This document shows positions 47,671 through 61,223 of a stretch of 64,000 nt of DNA, one piece after another. Under the pieces are notes generated by a model that was not told the DNA's origin, did no database searches, and saw nothing but the letters and a program-made list of their open reading frames with translations. Position 1 is the first letter of the stretch; every line of letters begins with the position of its first letter. Origin of the DNA: Gekko japonicus (lineage: Eukaryota); assembly GCF_001447785.1 (NCBI RefSeq), contig NW_015167058.1, positions 2,044,672 through 2,108,671 on the forward strand. The letters are read 5' to 3'. The position numbers and the translations under genes were made by a program.

Positions 47671-48904
47671 GTACGTCATGAAATAGCTGCTGTAAAAATG
47701 CACATGAACCACAAATTACTCCCTAGGTTTCATACAAGCTGATCAATGCATTATAAGTTGAAAATTAGTAACATTAATATGCACATTTATATTATCCTGT
47801 TATAGGGATGCATTGATTTAAAATTGCTGGGAAAACTCTATATTACGTATCTGATGAACTAGCAGGATTATTTGTTATCCTTTACAAAACTACAGTTTAA
47901 ATATTACATCCAGAGTGTCATGGAGAATAGATACAGATGCCAACATTTATTAATGGAGAGTTTTAGACCAGATTGCATTGCAATGCCTAATTAAGCAAGT
48001 AGTTTGATCAAAGCAAGTTTCTGTGCTGAGAAATCCAAAAGATATAGACTGAACTGATGAAAATACAACCTCCAATTTAGATGGGTTAAAGGACAGAATG
48101 AAATTGAGAAGCTGATAGAGGGCTCACATTGGGATGGGGGACAATAAAATTCTTCCTATTAAGTAATAATGCAACATGTTTGTAACCATCACCTGTGCTC
48201 AAGGGAGGCTCATCTTTTAGTACTTGTTGCTGATGATGACAAGAGTCTGGCAAACCTTGTTCATTTGCTGGGGATCACATTGGGATTATTGTAATGGGCT
48301 GTGCATTTAACATCTAAGGGACTGAATATTTTTATTTATTTATTATTGCGATTTTTATCCCGCCCTATCCTGCAAGTGGGCTCAGGGCGGCTTATATCAT
48401 GTCGTAAAACCGTACACAATTCCATAAAAGATTAGTGTACATTAAGTGTACATTAAGACATTAGTTACAAGAAGACTGAAATTTTAAGCAAGTAATTTAA
48501 AATGTACCTATACCTAATGGCAGCTCGGCAGTTAGTTCCACTCCAGTGTATGCTAAACTCATGGCAGGAGGGCTTGTTGATAACTCTGATGGAATTAAAT
48601 CAACCGCATCTAGCACCCATGATGGAAATGGCACCATGGAACGCTTGAAGCAGGGGAGGCTGAGGTTATTATCTAATCTAAGACGATGATTTTAGGAGAG
48701 TTCTCCAGAGAGTCATCTGACAGTCTTCACTGTACAAGCCGCAGTGATTATGGGAAGAAAAGCACTGCAGGCACCAAAGGATATAAGCCCTCCAGAAGTT
48801 TATATATGCCGTAAGCAGCATCCGCACTAGCTCCACATTGGATATTATACTAAATGTACACTAATCTGTATTAAATGTCTTTTAACTTGGTAACTTCTGT
48901 ACAG

Positions 48905-49001
48905 GATCGGTTGTGGACCAAGATGCCCTCGTGGAAGCGCTTCAGACTGGTGTTATTAAGGGTACCGCTCTGGATGTCACTTATCCTGAACCACTGCCCA
49001 G
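48905..49001 (+). CDS. Copy B coding exon 4
   Basis: VVDQDALVEALQTGVIKGTALDVTYPEPLP (catalytic Glu); 97 nt. Confidence 0.95.
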
Positions 49002-50849
49002 GTAAACGTCTGTTTATTCAGAGGTTTCAATATTCAAATGACCATGAGCACTGTGCAAAAACTGCAGAAGAGCATGGAGACGGGGAATGACAGCTGAGTC
49101 TGGCACCCCAGACCTCTATCACAACTTGCAACCGGAAGCATATTCAGAGAAACCACCTAATGCATTACATGCTTCTATTCATGACCAAAACCCAAAGGGA
49201 GTAAATAGTGTATACTGCTGTTAAATTAAGGTTACCTCTGCAAGGTTCGGTCTTATCGATCTGCAGAGTAATCCTGTGGTTCCAGTAAACAACAACTTCT
49301 ATACCACAGCTATGCCTGTGTAATACAGCCTCCGTCCTATCAATTCTCAGAAACAAAGAGATAACGCCGACAGCTGCGCCCACAACACCCATGGCAACTC
49401 TGCTGACACCCATTAATTACAGCGTATTGCGCTGACAGTATCCCAACATAATTCGTTTGCTTCCAAAACAACAATGCACAACCAGGGGAAAACGTCAGCG
49501 CCATAGGTGGGAGGACAGCAGCAGCAGACAGATACAGGCCTGAGTTTACAATTTCCTTGGTCAGGATTCGAATCTGTGGCCTGTCTACACAGCAGCAGTC
49601 TGTGTGATGCCCTGCAGCATGTTTGATCAAGGAACATTCAACTGGCCACTGGGAGACTGTGGAGAGCAGCCCCTCCCCTTTCTTGTTTTTATCATTGAAT
49701 GTTGTGTGGCATCACAGAGCAACAGCACCTATCCTTTGTCAAACTAACAGCCAGGACCAGGGAAGAAAGGAGGAGTGCCATTCCGTACTTGACAGGCAGC
49801 CATTCGCATAGCCTGGTGTGTAGGGGACAGGCATGGGGCACTAATGGATTCCCCCCCCCCTCCAGCTTTAATTGACTAGTGGGAGCAAATTTTAATTAAC
49901 TAAACTGAGATTTCAAGGGTGTGCTTGTTTGTCTTTAATAGCCATTTTGGCTGCGGTGTGTTGCTGTATGAGGGAATGAAACTGATAATCATAAATATAT
50001 CTAATTGTTAACATGGCCAAATCTGTGGACACTTAAACCCAGGGACTGGGGCTATGGGCAGTCAAGACAGACATTTCGACAAATCTGAAAAACTTGCAGA
50101 AAAACCTGACATTTTAAAAAATGCATTTTTTAAACCTCCCCAAATGACAGAGACAGCACCTTTAGCATTATGAAATGAATGCCCTCTCAGTAGCCAGAGT
50201 CTGGATGGCTAGGCAACTATTGCCAGCATTCAAGCCTTAGCTTTGGTCAGTAAAAGGCAGGTGGAGCGGAAGGGCTCTTCCTAGAGCTTTTGAGCTGGCA
50301 TCACACACTGTTTTTCCAGTGAGAGTCTGCCAGGGAAAGGAGGAGGGAAAGCTGAAGGCATGGGCAGATAGAAGCAGGTTGGCTGGTGGGTGGAAAGGAC
50401 AGAAGGAACAGGAAAAGAGGAGAGGCTATGGAAAATTTCAGGGAAAGGACAGAAGAAATAGTGGAGGAGGGGAAATTAGATACCCCTCGCAAGTCCTTGT
50501 GGGTCCCTCACTTGTATTAAAGATTGCCTTTCTTTGATTCTTTGTTAACTGAAGACTGTGGGACATATTCTGATGTTGGAGTTTTGGTAATATGCAAATT
50601 TGTTTGCATTAATTAACTAAAAGTATTTAATTGACTAAACAGCTTTAAATTGGAGTAGACCCAGTATGTGAGACCAGCAGTGCAAGAAAACGTTGATGTC
50701 CTGCTTTTTCAGCTTGTGGGCCCTGAAGGTTGCCTACTCCTAATTTATATGGTAGACAGCCCTACCTACTTCTTTTGAACTGAACACTGCATTTGTTAGG
50801 ATGAGTGAAACTGTCTTAACCAGCTGTCTTTTTATTCTCTTCTTTTCAG

Positions 50850-51006
50850 AGATCACCCATTATTAAAATTAAGGAATGTTATTTTAACCCCTCACCTTGG
50901 TTCCAGAACACACAAAACTACCTATATGATAACCGAGGAAGCTGTAGAAAATATACTGGCTGCTCTCCATGGTCTCCCAATGCCCAGTGAAGTATTCTCC
51001 GACTAA
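50850..51006 (+). CDS. Copy B coding exon 5; complete protein 328 aa; AATAAA at 51127-51132
   Basis: DHPLLKLRNVILTPHLGS (catalytic His)...PMPSEVFSD*; five exons sum to 987 nt in frame. Confidence 0.95.
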
Positions 51007-51502
51007 ACATGTGTAGGGGCATTAGATATAACAATAATTAATCATCCTCTCCAGTTGAATTAAGTTGTTGTCAAAGATGTAGATTGAATATCAGTTGGCC
51101 CTGTCAGTTGTAGATTGAAGATAAAGAATAAACATTTTGTAGCTTTTGCATGTTATTCTTTCCTTTGTGCCAAATACTCTTTGCTACAATCAGAATTTAA
51201 ACACTGTGTTACCTCCAGAACCCCTTACACTCCCTGGAGCCTATGTCACCAAAGGTGTAGGCAGACGCCACTGTGGATGTCACCAGGAAATCAAGGTGGG
51301 AAGTAAGGGCCATTAAGTTCAATAAGTAAAAAACAGCTCATGATGAAACAGGCAGGTTCCCATGAGAAATTCTCACTCCCCTTCACTGAGGACCTGTCTT
51401 GTGCCTCCATGGGATCTCCAAACCAAAATGAATGACTTATGGGACCATAACCTGACATCCCTCTGCACTCACGGAGTGTCCCAAATAACACAGACCAGCC
51501 TA

Positions 51503-51682
51503 GTCTGATCTCATCAGATCTTGGAAGCTAAGCAGGGTCGGCCCTGGTCAGTATTCAGAAGGAAGACCACCAAGGAAGTCAAGGGTTGCGACGCAGAGGC
51601 AAGCAATGGCAAACCACTTCTGAACATCTCTTGCCTCGAAAACCCCACAGGATTATCAGAAGTCAGCTGTGACTTGACAGCA
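51503..51682 (+). mobile_element. 5S rRNA-derived SINE (SINE3-type) with RTE-like tail
   Basis: GATCTCATCAGATCTTGGAAGCTAAGCAGGGTCGGCCCTGGTCAGTA resembles internal 5S rRNA; followed by GGCAAACCACTTCTG...GAAAACCCC...GTGACTTGAC. Confidence 0.78.
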
Positions 51683-54206
51683 CCCCCCCCCCAATACACG
51701 AATCAAGTCTTCAGTCAGCTGAGTATCTTTATCACCTGCCCACTGAGCATTCCCTTTGAAGAAACTCAAGTATCATGAAAACCTCGTTCCTGCTACTGGA
51801 AGAGAAGGACATGAACTTTGGGTACACGACCATCCTTCAAACACTATGACTCTTGACAGCACTCACGTTTCAGGATCAGGCAATAGATTAACCTTTCTCT
51901 CCCCATCCTCATCATTCTCACACGATGCCCAGTTCGCGCCCCCCCCCCAAACGCACTATTGTTTCTTTCTTCCTTCGCTTTCTTCCAGAGACCTTCTTTC
52001 TGCTCTCTCTCCCCCCCTTCTGCTACTGACTGGCCCTGGGCATCATATCAGTGCTGCTTCTCTCTCTGTTCCTCCCAAAGTTTCATTCTGCACCCCTTTG
52101 GCCCTTTCTCCTTTCACTCTTCCCTAGTTTGTCTGATCAGCCTGACCCCTTTTTCAGCTTTCACTGCAATATGTTCTGTTATCTCCTCTCCTCTCCGTTG
52201 CCCCCTTCTCCTTTATCCCCCCTTTTGAGGACACCATACTTAGGTTCACAGGTGGGTTCTACTTGAATTTGCCATGGGTGGACATATCTAACTAAACACT
52301 TCCTCTCAACATTGTTTAATTGCTTTCCATTGTACTCCTGGACTGTGTAACTAATTTAACTGAATTGCATTTCGGAAATCTACTTTCCCCTCTTGTTTTT
52401 TCTGGCCATTGACATACTCAGTAAAGACTGATTTAGTTCAGTTACAGGTTTTCTATCTCTCTTCCATATTTCTCCAAATATCACCACAAGGACGTGCCTC
52501 TGCAGAAACAGGATCCCATAGCAAGTTTGAGAGGTGCATGTTTAAAGGCCACACAGATTTGTCCTCCTTACTTTCCAAATAACAACCTCTTACTAGTTAA
52601 TATTCTGGAACATTTAATTGTTACTGAATAGACAGAAAACAGAGAGCTAGTGTGATGCCATGGTTAGAATGTTAGACTGTGATCTGGAAGACCCAGGTTC
52701 AAACCCCCACTCTACCATGGAAGTTTGCAAAGTGACTTTCGGCCAATCTTGGTCTCTCAGCCTAACCTACCTCACAGGAGTGTTGTGCGGAAAAAAATGG
52801 AGGAGAGAACAATAAAAGCTGCTTTAAGTCTCCCCCCCCCTTGGGAGAAAGGCAGGGTATAAATTAACTTTTTATTGTTGTTGAATGGCTGCATTGCTTC
52901 CAAGTTGCCACTTAAGCATAATTTGTGACCAAACTGAGGTCAGGTACATCAATGCATGTTTTTCCTCATGCTGGGTGAACATCATGAACGTTTACTTGAC
53001 TGGGATTTCAAAGTTATTGTTTTTAAAACTGATTTCAAATTAATGGATTACCTGCATACATTTTTAAACCTACAGACTTGAAAACATATCTCTGTGTTTA
53101 TTGAAATCCTACCGTAATGTTGTAAAAATGTAGAGTGTATCATAGTCTCATCTGTTAGTGATAACATATTCACTCTCAGTTTTTACACATCTAACCAAAC
53201 TTTTAATGTGTGTCCCAACCACTTCCAGGATGTAACATTTGAGGAAGATTGAAGGTAGATAAGATACCAGAGAACGTCCTCAAACTACATAGACTCTGTT
53301 GCCTGAATCTTATTATGCATACAGAATTGAAACAGAGGTGGGAAAGTGCCAGGAATAAGAGGTGTAATTGCCTTTTTAAAAACAAAACTACTGCAAAAGG
53401 AGAGGTACTGAGATACATTTATGATTTGTTTCCCAACTAATTGGTGTGCTAAGTAATCTTTGAATCCTTTGGCATACTTCTGGACCTACAGCAGCACCTG
53501 GGAAAGTAGCATGTAACAATAGTTAGATTTCCCTTTCACAAGTTCCATTTTGTTCCTCTTCACAACTCTGGCAATGATAGACCCAACAACCATGACTGGG
53601 GTCTTTGTAATCTCATAGTTCGATAGATCTCGTAACACTGTTTATGTAGGGTTGTCCTTGACTATATAGATGCTCCAGTTGGCATACAACACGGTGGTGT
53701 GCCTCTGCACCCAGCACATGACATCGTCGAAGCTCCAGTGTATACTGCAGTGGCTTTCCATTAATTTCTTGGCATCATTCAAGATGATGGTTTCAACCTA
53801 TAAAACTCTCAGTCGCTTGGATGATTTTGTGTTTATTATTTGGTAGTATTTAGACAGCCATCAATGTACATAGGCCTTCATAGAGTAAAATATAAACTAT
53901 ATCCCTGCCTCAAGGAACATACAGTCTAAATTACAGCAGGACTGGAGAAAACAGACTGAGCCAAAGATCATATCCATGTACAATGATATGCATTTAGAAT
54001 ACTTTAAGTACAGGATTAGGACTTTTGCCCTTATGCCCTACAATGACCTTAAATATTATCGATAATTAAAGCCGCAATGACAGTCTTCACGGAAAGTTCC
54101 CTCCGTAATAGTTTCCCCCCCCCTGCTGGAAGACATGGCTCCTGAAATACAATTAATAAAAATCATAGATGAGTGGCAGACTCTCCTTCACATTATCTAG
54201 ACGCTC

Positions 54207-54400
54207 TAGAAAAGAGCAAGAGCCCAGGTACCACCTTAAAAACTAACAACATTTGTGGCAGGGTATGAGCTTTCATGAGTCACTGCTCACTTTTTCAGAT
54301 ACCTGTGAGCAGTGACAAACAAAAGCTGACCCCCTGCCACAAATTTTGTGCTACTGGACTCTTGCTCTTTTCTACTGCTACAGACAAATAGGGCTACTGG
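54207..54400. mobile_element. Penelope-like inverted (foldback) terminal fragment
   Basis: Inverted arms TAGAAAAGAGCAAGAG / CTCTTGCTCTTTTCTA; same layout and tail as the element at 27621. Confidence 0.7.
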
Positions 54401-54719
54401 AGCTTGTTTATGTGGCTTGTACTGTGCTGGTCAGAAGCAGTGGAGACTGACACAGAACTGGGATGAGCAGGATTTTGAGATAACAAAAATTTTGGTATCT
54501 CTCTCTCAAGAGAAACCCTCCCCTTTTTCAACCATTGCCTTTCAGTGCTATCCTACACAGAGTTATTCCAGGCTGTGTGTCTGCATAGGAATTGCACTGT
54601 GAATTTCCACCGCTGCTTAAGTCACCCGAGACAGGTTCCCAGTTTCCAGCAGGGTTAGCCATGATGAATCTCTTGCCAGAGATCGCCTCTCTGGCTGCCG
54701 CACACCACTTAGACCCAAC

Positions 54720-55135
54720 CTAATGTTTTCGGCTAAACATTAGGAAAACCTTCCTGGCAGAGCAATTCCTCAGTGGAACAGGCTTCCTGGGAAGGTGGTG
54801 GGCTCTCCTTCTTTGGAGGTTTTCAAACAGAGGCTCGATGGCCATCTGAATGATTCTGTGAATGAGGCAGATCACGAGGAGGGCAGGAAGGGATGAGACA
54901 GTGTTCAGCTCTTGTGGCCCTTTCTTACATGCCCAGAGTAATGCTGATCACCACTTTGGGGTCAAGAATTTTCCTCCAGGACCAATTCGCCCGGGGACTC
55001 TGGAAATGTTTTGCCTTCCTCTGGGCATACAGCAGGGTTCACTGGGAGAGTGGGTGGAGATGTTGTGAATTTCCTGCAAAGGTCAGGGGGTTGGACTAGA
55101 TGACCCCTGAGGTACCTTCCAGATTTATATTTCAA
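54720..55135 (+). mobile_element. CR1 LINE 3' end
   Basis: CAGTGGAACAGGCTTCCT...TTGGAGGTTTTCAAACAGAGGCT...TTGGACTAGATGACC; a shorter CR1 tip lies at ~4830-4878. Confidence 0.8.
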
Positions 55136-55599
55136 ATGTCATATGAAAACAAATAAAGTGATCTGCCTAGCTCCATGGGCTCCCAGGGTGATCAGGGCCT
55201 CCCAGTCTTCCCTCTTTGGCAATTCTGAGGGTTTGGGGAGGTCTAAAGCTTGTTTTGGGGGATGTAGAACCATTTGTATCATCAATATCTGTGGCTGTAT
55301 CATCAATAACTGTGGATGATTATAAATGATTGCCCATGTTCATGCTTGCATAAGATGATTCTCCATGTTATATGTATAATTGTAGTAGTGTATTGTATCT
55401 TTTGTTTGTAAAATTATTTTAAAAATCATTTAAAAAAAACCCAAAAATCTGTGACTGAACTGGAGAATAAGGAAATAGGAACGGAACAGGAATAGGAACC
55501 AACTTCAGCCGCCTGACAGGACTAACTGGTGTTTTCGACTGCTTTCCCCCCATATCCTCCCAGTTGAAAGGTGGCCCATTTGGCTTTACAATTCTGGCA

Positions 55600-56190
55600 C
55601 AAAGTTCTCCTTGCTTAACGCCTTCCGGTAACCGCAGAAAGCGTAGGATTTAATCACCGCATTTCATTTCCCTCATCTGAGCTTCAGATACAAGTCGGAA
55701 TTGAAACGACCCGAGAGCAAATTCCGCACTGCTTTTTGGCAGCATCCGAAACGGCTCGGTTCAATCAGGTAGTTTTATTGGGGGGGGGGGGGNNNNNNNN
55801 NNGTCCGTCCCGGACACGGCCTGGGAAGGTTCCCATTCAAACGAGTGCTTGGATTGGTCCGCGGGGTTGACTCTTCGGCGGCTGCTCAGCTAGCCAGGGA
55901 TCCCCTGCCCTAAGAACCACCGTCAAAGGGAAACTCCGCGACTCTAAAATGTTCTAATTCACTGGGATTTCTGCTCTAGAAAATGTTGAGGGGGGGGGGG
56001 ACCCGGGTGCCGCTTTCTCTGACGAACGACTAGTTTCAACCAATCGGATTTCAGCTAGTAAGTGGGGGGAGGCGGTGTTCACTTTTAGCTCCTGTGGCTA
56101 AATAGTCCGCCCCCCACGAATGAGAATAGAAGTTTTGCGGAAGGCTTTTGAAAGGGAAGTCTTTTCTCTTGCTCTGAAGTCCGTGCCAGC
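55600..56190. promoter_or_regulatory. CpG-rich putative promoter of dehydrogenase copy C
   Basis: CpG-dense patch with CCAAT (56040; ATTGG ~55853) and GC boxes (GGGAGGCGG, CCGCCCCC) 4 kb upstream of an acceptor-bounded ATG exon. Confidence 0.55.
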
Positions 56191-56430
56191 CAAGGCTTTA
56201 TCAGCTTTTCCTTTCCTAATGTAATGCTTTTCAAACTGGAGAGGATTTAAAGGAGAACTACGAAGGTGTTCTCTGTGCAGCTTTTATTCAAGTTTTGCTA
56301 TACTATGGAACCGGTTTTATTTTACCGCTAAATATGTGGCATTTAATATTTTATAGCAACTCAGAGATCTCCTGTTTTTCTACTTTTAGGAACGTAGTGA
56401 TTATTAATACATTTAGGGTATTAATACATA

Positions 56431-56782
56431 GGTAAAAAGGTAAAGGTTCCCTTGCTCGAAAGCCAGTCGAATCCGACTCTAGGGTTGCGGTGCTCATCTC
56501 CGTTTCAAAGCCGAAGAGCCAGCGCTGTCCGAAGACGTTTCCGTGGTCATGTGGCCGGCATGACTAAACACCAAGGCGCACGGAACGCTGTTACCTTCCC
56601 ACCGAAGTGGTCCCTATTTATCTACTTGCAATTTCTTGCTTTCGAACTGCTAGGTTGGCAGGAGCTGGAACTAGAGACAGGAGCTCACCCTGTCTTGCGG
56701 CACCCGGGTCTTGAACCACTGAACTACTGACCTTCCACAGCCTGCAGTTCAGCGTCTTAACCACTTGAGCCACCGCAGCTCC
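56431..56782 (-). mobile_element. Full-length young Sauria SINE
   Basis: Head GGAGCTGCGGTGGCTCAAGTGG, CpGs retained, (ACCTTT)n tail, 7-bp TSD ATACATA. Confidence 0.93.
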
Positions 56783-58249
56783 ATACATACCGAAATACTA
56801 AAAGCGTCCTGGCAGAGTAAGAAGGGTCAGGTATATGTGGAGTCTGCTGAGTGCTTAGGCTGGCCAAGCTCGCTACACCCATCCTATCTGCAGCATGTTT
56901 ATCAAAGAATCCATGTTGCTTACTCCGCTAGGTATGCTTTGGATCGCAGTTATTGATTCGAATCCTGCCATTAATTTATTCTGTCCCTTTGCAAGGATCA
57001 CTCAAGGCAGGCTGGAAAGCTCAGTAAAGTACAAAGTTCACTAGACTTATATTATTGCATGTGTGTGTTTGCTGTCGTGTAGTCGTGTGGCTCTTTTGGT
57101 TGATGAGAATTGCAATTGTGGCTCTTCATGAGTCCCACCACTGCTCTGTTCTGAGACCCAGCTTGTGTAGGGGAGAGACAGAGAAAGGCATTATGCCCTG
57201 TGGCCTCTGATTCTGCTGTTCCCGCAACACTTGGCTCTGGAGTTAACATTCCAGAGAAGCTCTTTTGTAGAAGGGTCTTGTTTGCTTTTCTCCCTGAGGT
57301 TGAATACACAAAAATCTTAGCATGTAGTCTTAAGAGAAATGGAAACTCCTCACAGCCAGCTGAAATAAGAAGCACACCTACCCATTATTGATTTCAGTGT
57401 GTTCCAATGGTTTCCATTAAGTTTACTATCGTGAATTGGGCAGCAGCCTTAAAGTCTCACGGGCAGTAGTGAGTGAATCCTAGTAATGGAAACAGGACAG
57501 CCTCCTAAACAGATGTGCATAGTGTAGCTGCAAATCCCAAATATTTCCCTACACCACACAGCAATATTGAGCCAAAGAGTTTCCCCAAACAATCGGGCAC
57601 AGCCATGACATCCCTCATTGGCTAGAACAAAGGGAAGATAGAATATGCCTGTTTCTACTGCACAGTTAAGCAGAAAACTATATTTCATTGTTTCCCTTCT
57701 GTCGCCCCCAGTCTACGAGACTTCGATACTTACTTTTTTTAAAAAATGGAGAATCTAGCTCAGTTAACATGCTAAACAAGCACAGAGTGGCATGACTAGA
57801 CGTAAAACTAGGGTTGCCAACAGGCCTGGAGGGAAATGTTCTGTTCCCTTAACAGAGGTCTAATGTGTGAAAATGGGCAGTTAAAGCTTTTCATGGCATG
57901 GAGGTAGTTAACATCTCATTTATCCTCTATTAAAGGGTCAGGATATTTTTTCCCCAGGCAGCTGGCAACTGAGCAATATGGCAACCCTAGTCAAGTGGCA
58001 CTCTTGGATAGCGCCTCTTCGTATTGTAGAAAGTTACTATCCTAATAATGACCATGAATAAAGGTGGAACACCATTTTAGAGTTCCTTGATCCTTCCAAT
58101 CAATGCTTTTCTATATTTTTTACAAAACTGCAGCCACTGGAGTTATGATTTCACTGGGGAGACTGGCACAGGAGAAGAGAAAGTTTTTAACCTTTTTCCN
58201 NNNNNNNNNNNNNNNNNNNNNNNAGCTTACAGGTGGCCATTTTAACTAA

Positions 58250-59790
58250 TCCATTTATTTTAATTTTTTAATTTATTTTTGGATTTTTATTCCGCTCTCC
58301 CCAAACGTGCTCAGGGCAGATCACAAAAAATCGAGTCAAAGACTCGTTACAATAAAAGCACATTAAAACCATAAAAACAATAAACAATAAAACTGATAGT
58401 AGCAATATAAATCTGTTAGGGCCACAAGGTGGAATCAGATGGGCCCTTTCAGCAGGTTGGGAAACTAAAGCAAGGAGGCCAACTGTGATGGAGCCCACCG
58501 CCTCAACCGAAGTTTGCAGGCCTTGTAGAATGATAAAAGGTCCCGCAGGGTCCTGCTCTCCAGTTGGAGCTGATTCCACCAGGTCGGGGCCAGGGCAGAA
58601 AAGGCCCTGGTCGAGGCTAAGTGGACATCCTTTGGGCCCGGGGTAACCAGTAAATGCTGGTCCTGTGAGTGCAAGGCTCTTCGGGGCACATATGGCAAGA
58701 GGCAGTCCTTCAGATATGTCAGTCCCAGGCTAGGTACAGCTTTGAAGGTTAATACCAACACCTTGAAATGGACCCAGTACTTAATTAGTAGCCAGTGCAA
58801 GTGGCACAATACCGGCTGAATGCATGCCCGCACAGGTGATGCCGGCAGCAGGCATGCTGCCACATTTGGGACTACTTGGAGTTTCCAGAATCAGTCTCAG
58901 GGGCAATCTTGTGTAAAACGAGTTACACTAATCAAGCCTGGAAGTGACCGTTGCATGGGTCACAGTAGCCAAGTCCGGTCCGGGGGGGAGAGGTAGGGGG
59001 CCAATAGCCTAATCTGCCAGAGATAGAAAAAGGCAGACCTGGCAACTGCGGTGATCTGGGCCTCCATAGAAAGTGAGGCATCCAGGATCACCCCCCAGGC
59101 TCCTCACTTTCTGGGGCAGTGCAAGTGGCATACCATCCAGGGCGGGCAGCCCAATCCCCGTCCTAACTCCACCACCACCCCAGCTCAGGTACAGCCGTCC
59201 AAAAACAGATAGAGTTGGGTGTCATCTACATATTGATGACACTCCAACCCAACCCCCCCGGACCAACTGGGCGAGGGGGCGCATGTAGATGTTAAACAAC
59301 ATTGGCGAGAGGATCACCTCCTGTGGCTAGGCTTGCCAAGTCCCCCCGGGGGGCTGGGAAACCCCCGCCCCAGAGGCCACCATCTGAGGGAAAACTCTAT
59401 GGTTTTCCCTCAGATGGTCATGGCCCCGCCCCCAGCGTGTACTGCGTGATCGCATCACTTCCGTGTGACATGGATGCGGCCGTGTCAAACGCCACCATCA
59501 GATTTAACAATAACAGCAGCACTGACCCACACCAATCCAGGTGCTTCTGGAGATCATCCGTAAGGACGACCAGCACCGTCTCCATCCCATGACCAGGGTG
59601 GAAAACGGACTGGAAGGAGTCAAGGATAGATGCGTTATTGAAGAAAGCCTGGAATTGTTCAGCCTCCGCTCTCTCAACTACCTTATCCAGAAACAGTAAA
59701 TTTTAAACTGGGCGGTAGTTAGCTAGAACCATTGGGTCCAGAGTTGGTTTCTTTAAGAGTGGACGAACCACTGCCTCCTTTAACCCCCTG
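58250..59790 (-). mobile_element. L2 LINE, 5'-truncated and internally deleted
   Basis: Minus-strand ORF HLHWLLIKYWVHFKVLVLTFKA...AFSALAPTWWNQL; upstream RT fragments (NYRP, QSxFHPGH, FDTA). Confidence 0.82.
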
Positions 59791-60248
59791 TTAAGCAGAA
59801 AACAGTCCAAAGGAAAAGGGTTAAAAACCTTCCCCTTCCCCAACAATTGTCCCAGCTGCTCTTCTCCTTTAAATTATAATATTAGCAGGTATATTTTACA
59901 TATATAAAAAGAAAAATGTTCCATAATACTGTTTAATAACATTCTCTTATTTTTTATTTATTTTCGCATTTATATCCCACCCATCCCATAAACGGGCTCA
60001 GGGTGGGTTACAGCATTTTAATAAATACAATAAAATTTAAAACACATTAAAACATACCGTAGGGAGAATCTGGCCCATTGAAGTAACTGGGTATGGCCAG
60101 TTATCAGGTGGGAGATCACAACCTCGGGGTTTCAAAATGTAGTTTCCAAAACTGTATGGTAAAGTACATTTCTGCCTTGAAACAAATAATATTTCAGCAT
60201 TAGTAAACCACATTTTACAATTTTGGGTATTGTTTTGTTTTATAGACC

Positions 60249-60630
60249 ATGGCAAAGCAAGACCGTCCATATACACTAATCAATGTTATAGGAGGCATGG
60301 ATGGAGTCTACAAAGACCATGTTGAGTTCCTGGAGAAACATCTTAAGCTTATCACCATGCAGGAATTTCTTGAAAATCAGCAAGATCTCAGTCAAAAAAT
60401 CAAAGCAATTTATTTGTGGTTTAAAAAACCGGAAGCTACCAGGGAGCTCCTGCAAAGTTTGCCCAACTTAAAGGTGATTGCAAACTCTGGTGTTGGAGTG
60501 GATCATCTGGACTTGAAACTGATCTCCAGCTTCAGAGTGAAAGTGGCAAACACCCCATTTGCAGTTGCCAGTCCTACAGCTGACCTCGGGATGGCTTTAC
60601 TGATGGCATCTGCTAGGAGGATCGTGGAAG
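60249..60630 (+). CDS. GRHPR-like dehydrogenase copy C, coding exon 1 (remaining exons lie beyond the window)
   Basis: Acceptor TTATAG|ACC ATG G; 382 nt like copy B; LPNLKVIANSGVGVDHLD...TADLGMALLMASARR; donor GTACAA. Confidence 0.92.
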
Positions 60631-61223
60631 GTACAACAGAGTTTCCCATTCAGCTTTCCTTTCAAAATACATTATAGTGTCACAGCTTGGGCCCAGTGCA
60701 GTGTTTCCACAGATGTAATGATTTCCACCAGGTGAGTGTGACTTTCTCACCTCCCTCTTCTCACTGTAGCCCTGTATCTCCATCCCCCCCCTCCTTTGGC
60801 CTCCAGGAGCAGCATTACAGGGGGGTATTTTGAGCTGCAACAGAAGGAGGGAGGTGAGAAAGTTGATTTCATGGTAATCATCATTACACCTGTGGAAATG
60901 TATAATAATCTATTTCAGGGGTGTCGAACTCATTTGTTATGAGGGCCGGATCTGACATAAATGAGACCTTGATGGACCGGGCCATGTGTGTCATAAAATG
61001 TAATGCCTGGTAGCAGAGATATAAACTTTATAAAGGAAACAAACACAAAGGGGTTTTTTAAACTTTAAAACATGCTTAAAACATTAGCACTCTTGCAATA
61101 TTTTGTTTATTTAACAGTATCTGATAACTGACACCTCTTGCTCTGAATTATTGCATCAAAATGTATGTGCTGTTGCAATCTTGAGTATGCTAGCAGCCAA
61201 AAAAAGAGGGGGGGGGAAGCCAG

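Noticed and set aside
51503-51590. 5S rRNA gene
   Set aside because: Lacks the 5S 5' end, is diverged, and is fused to a retroposon tail.
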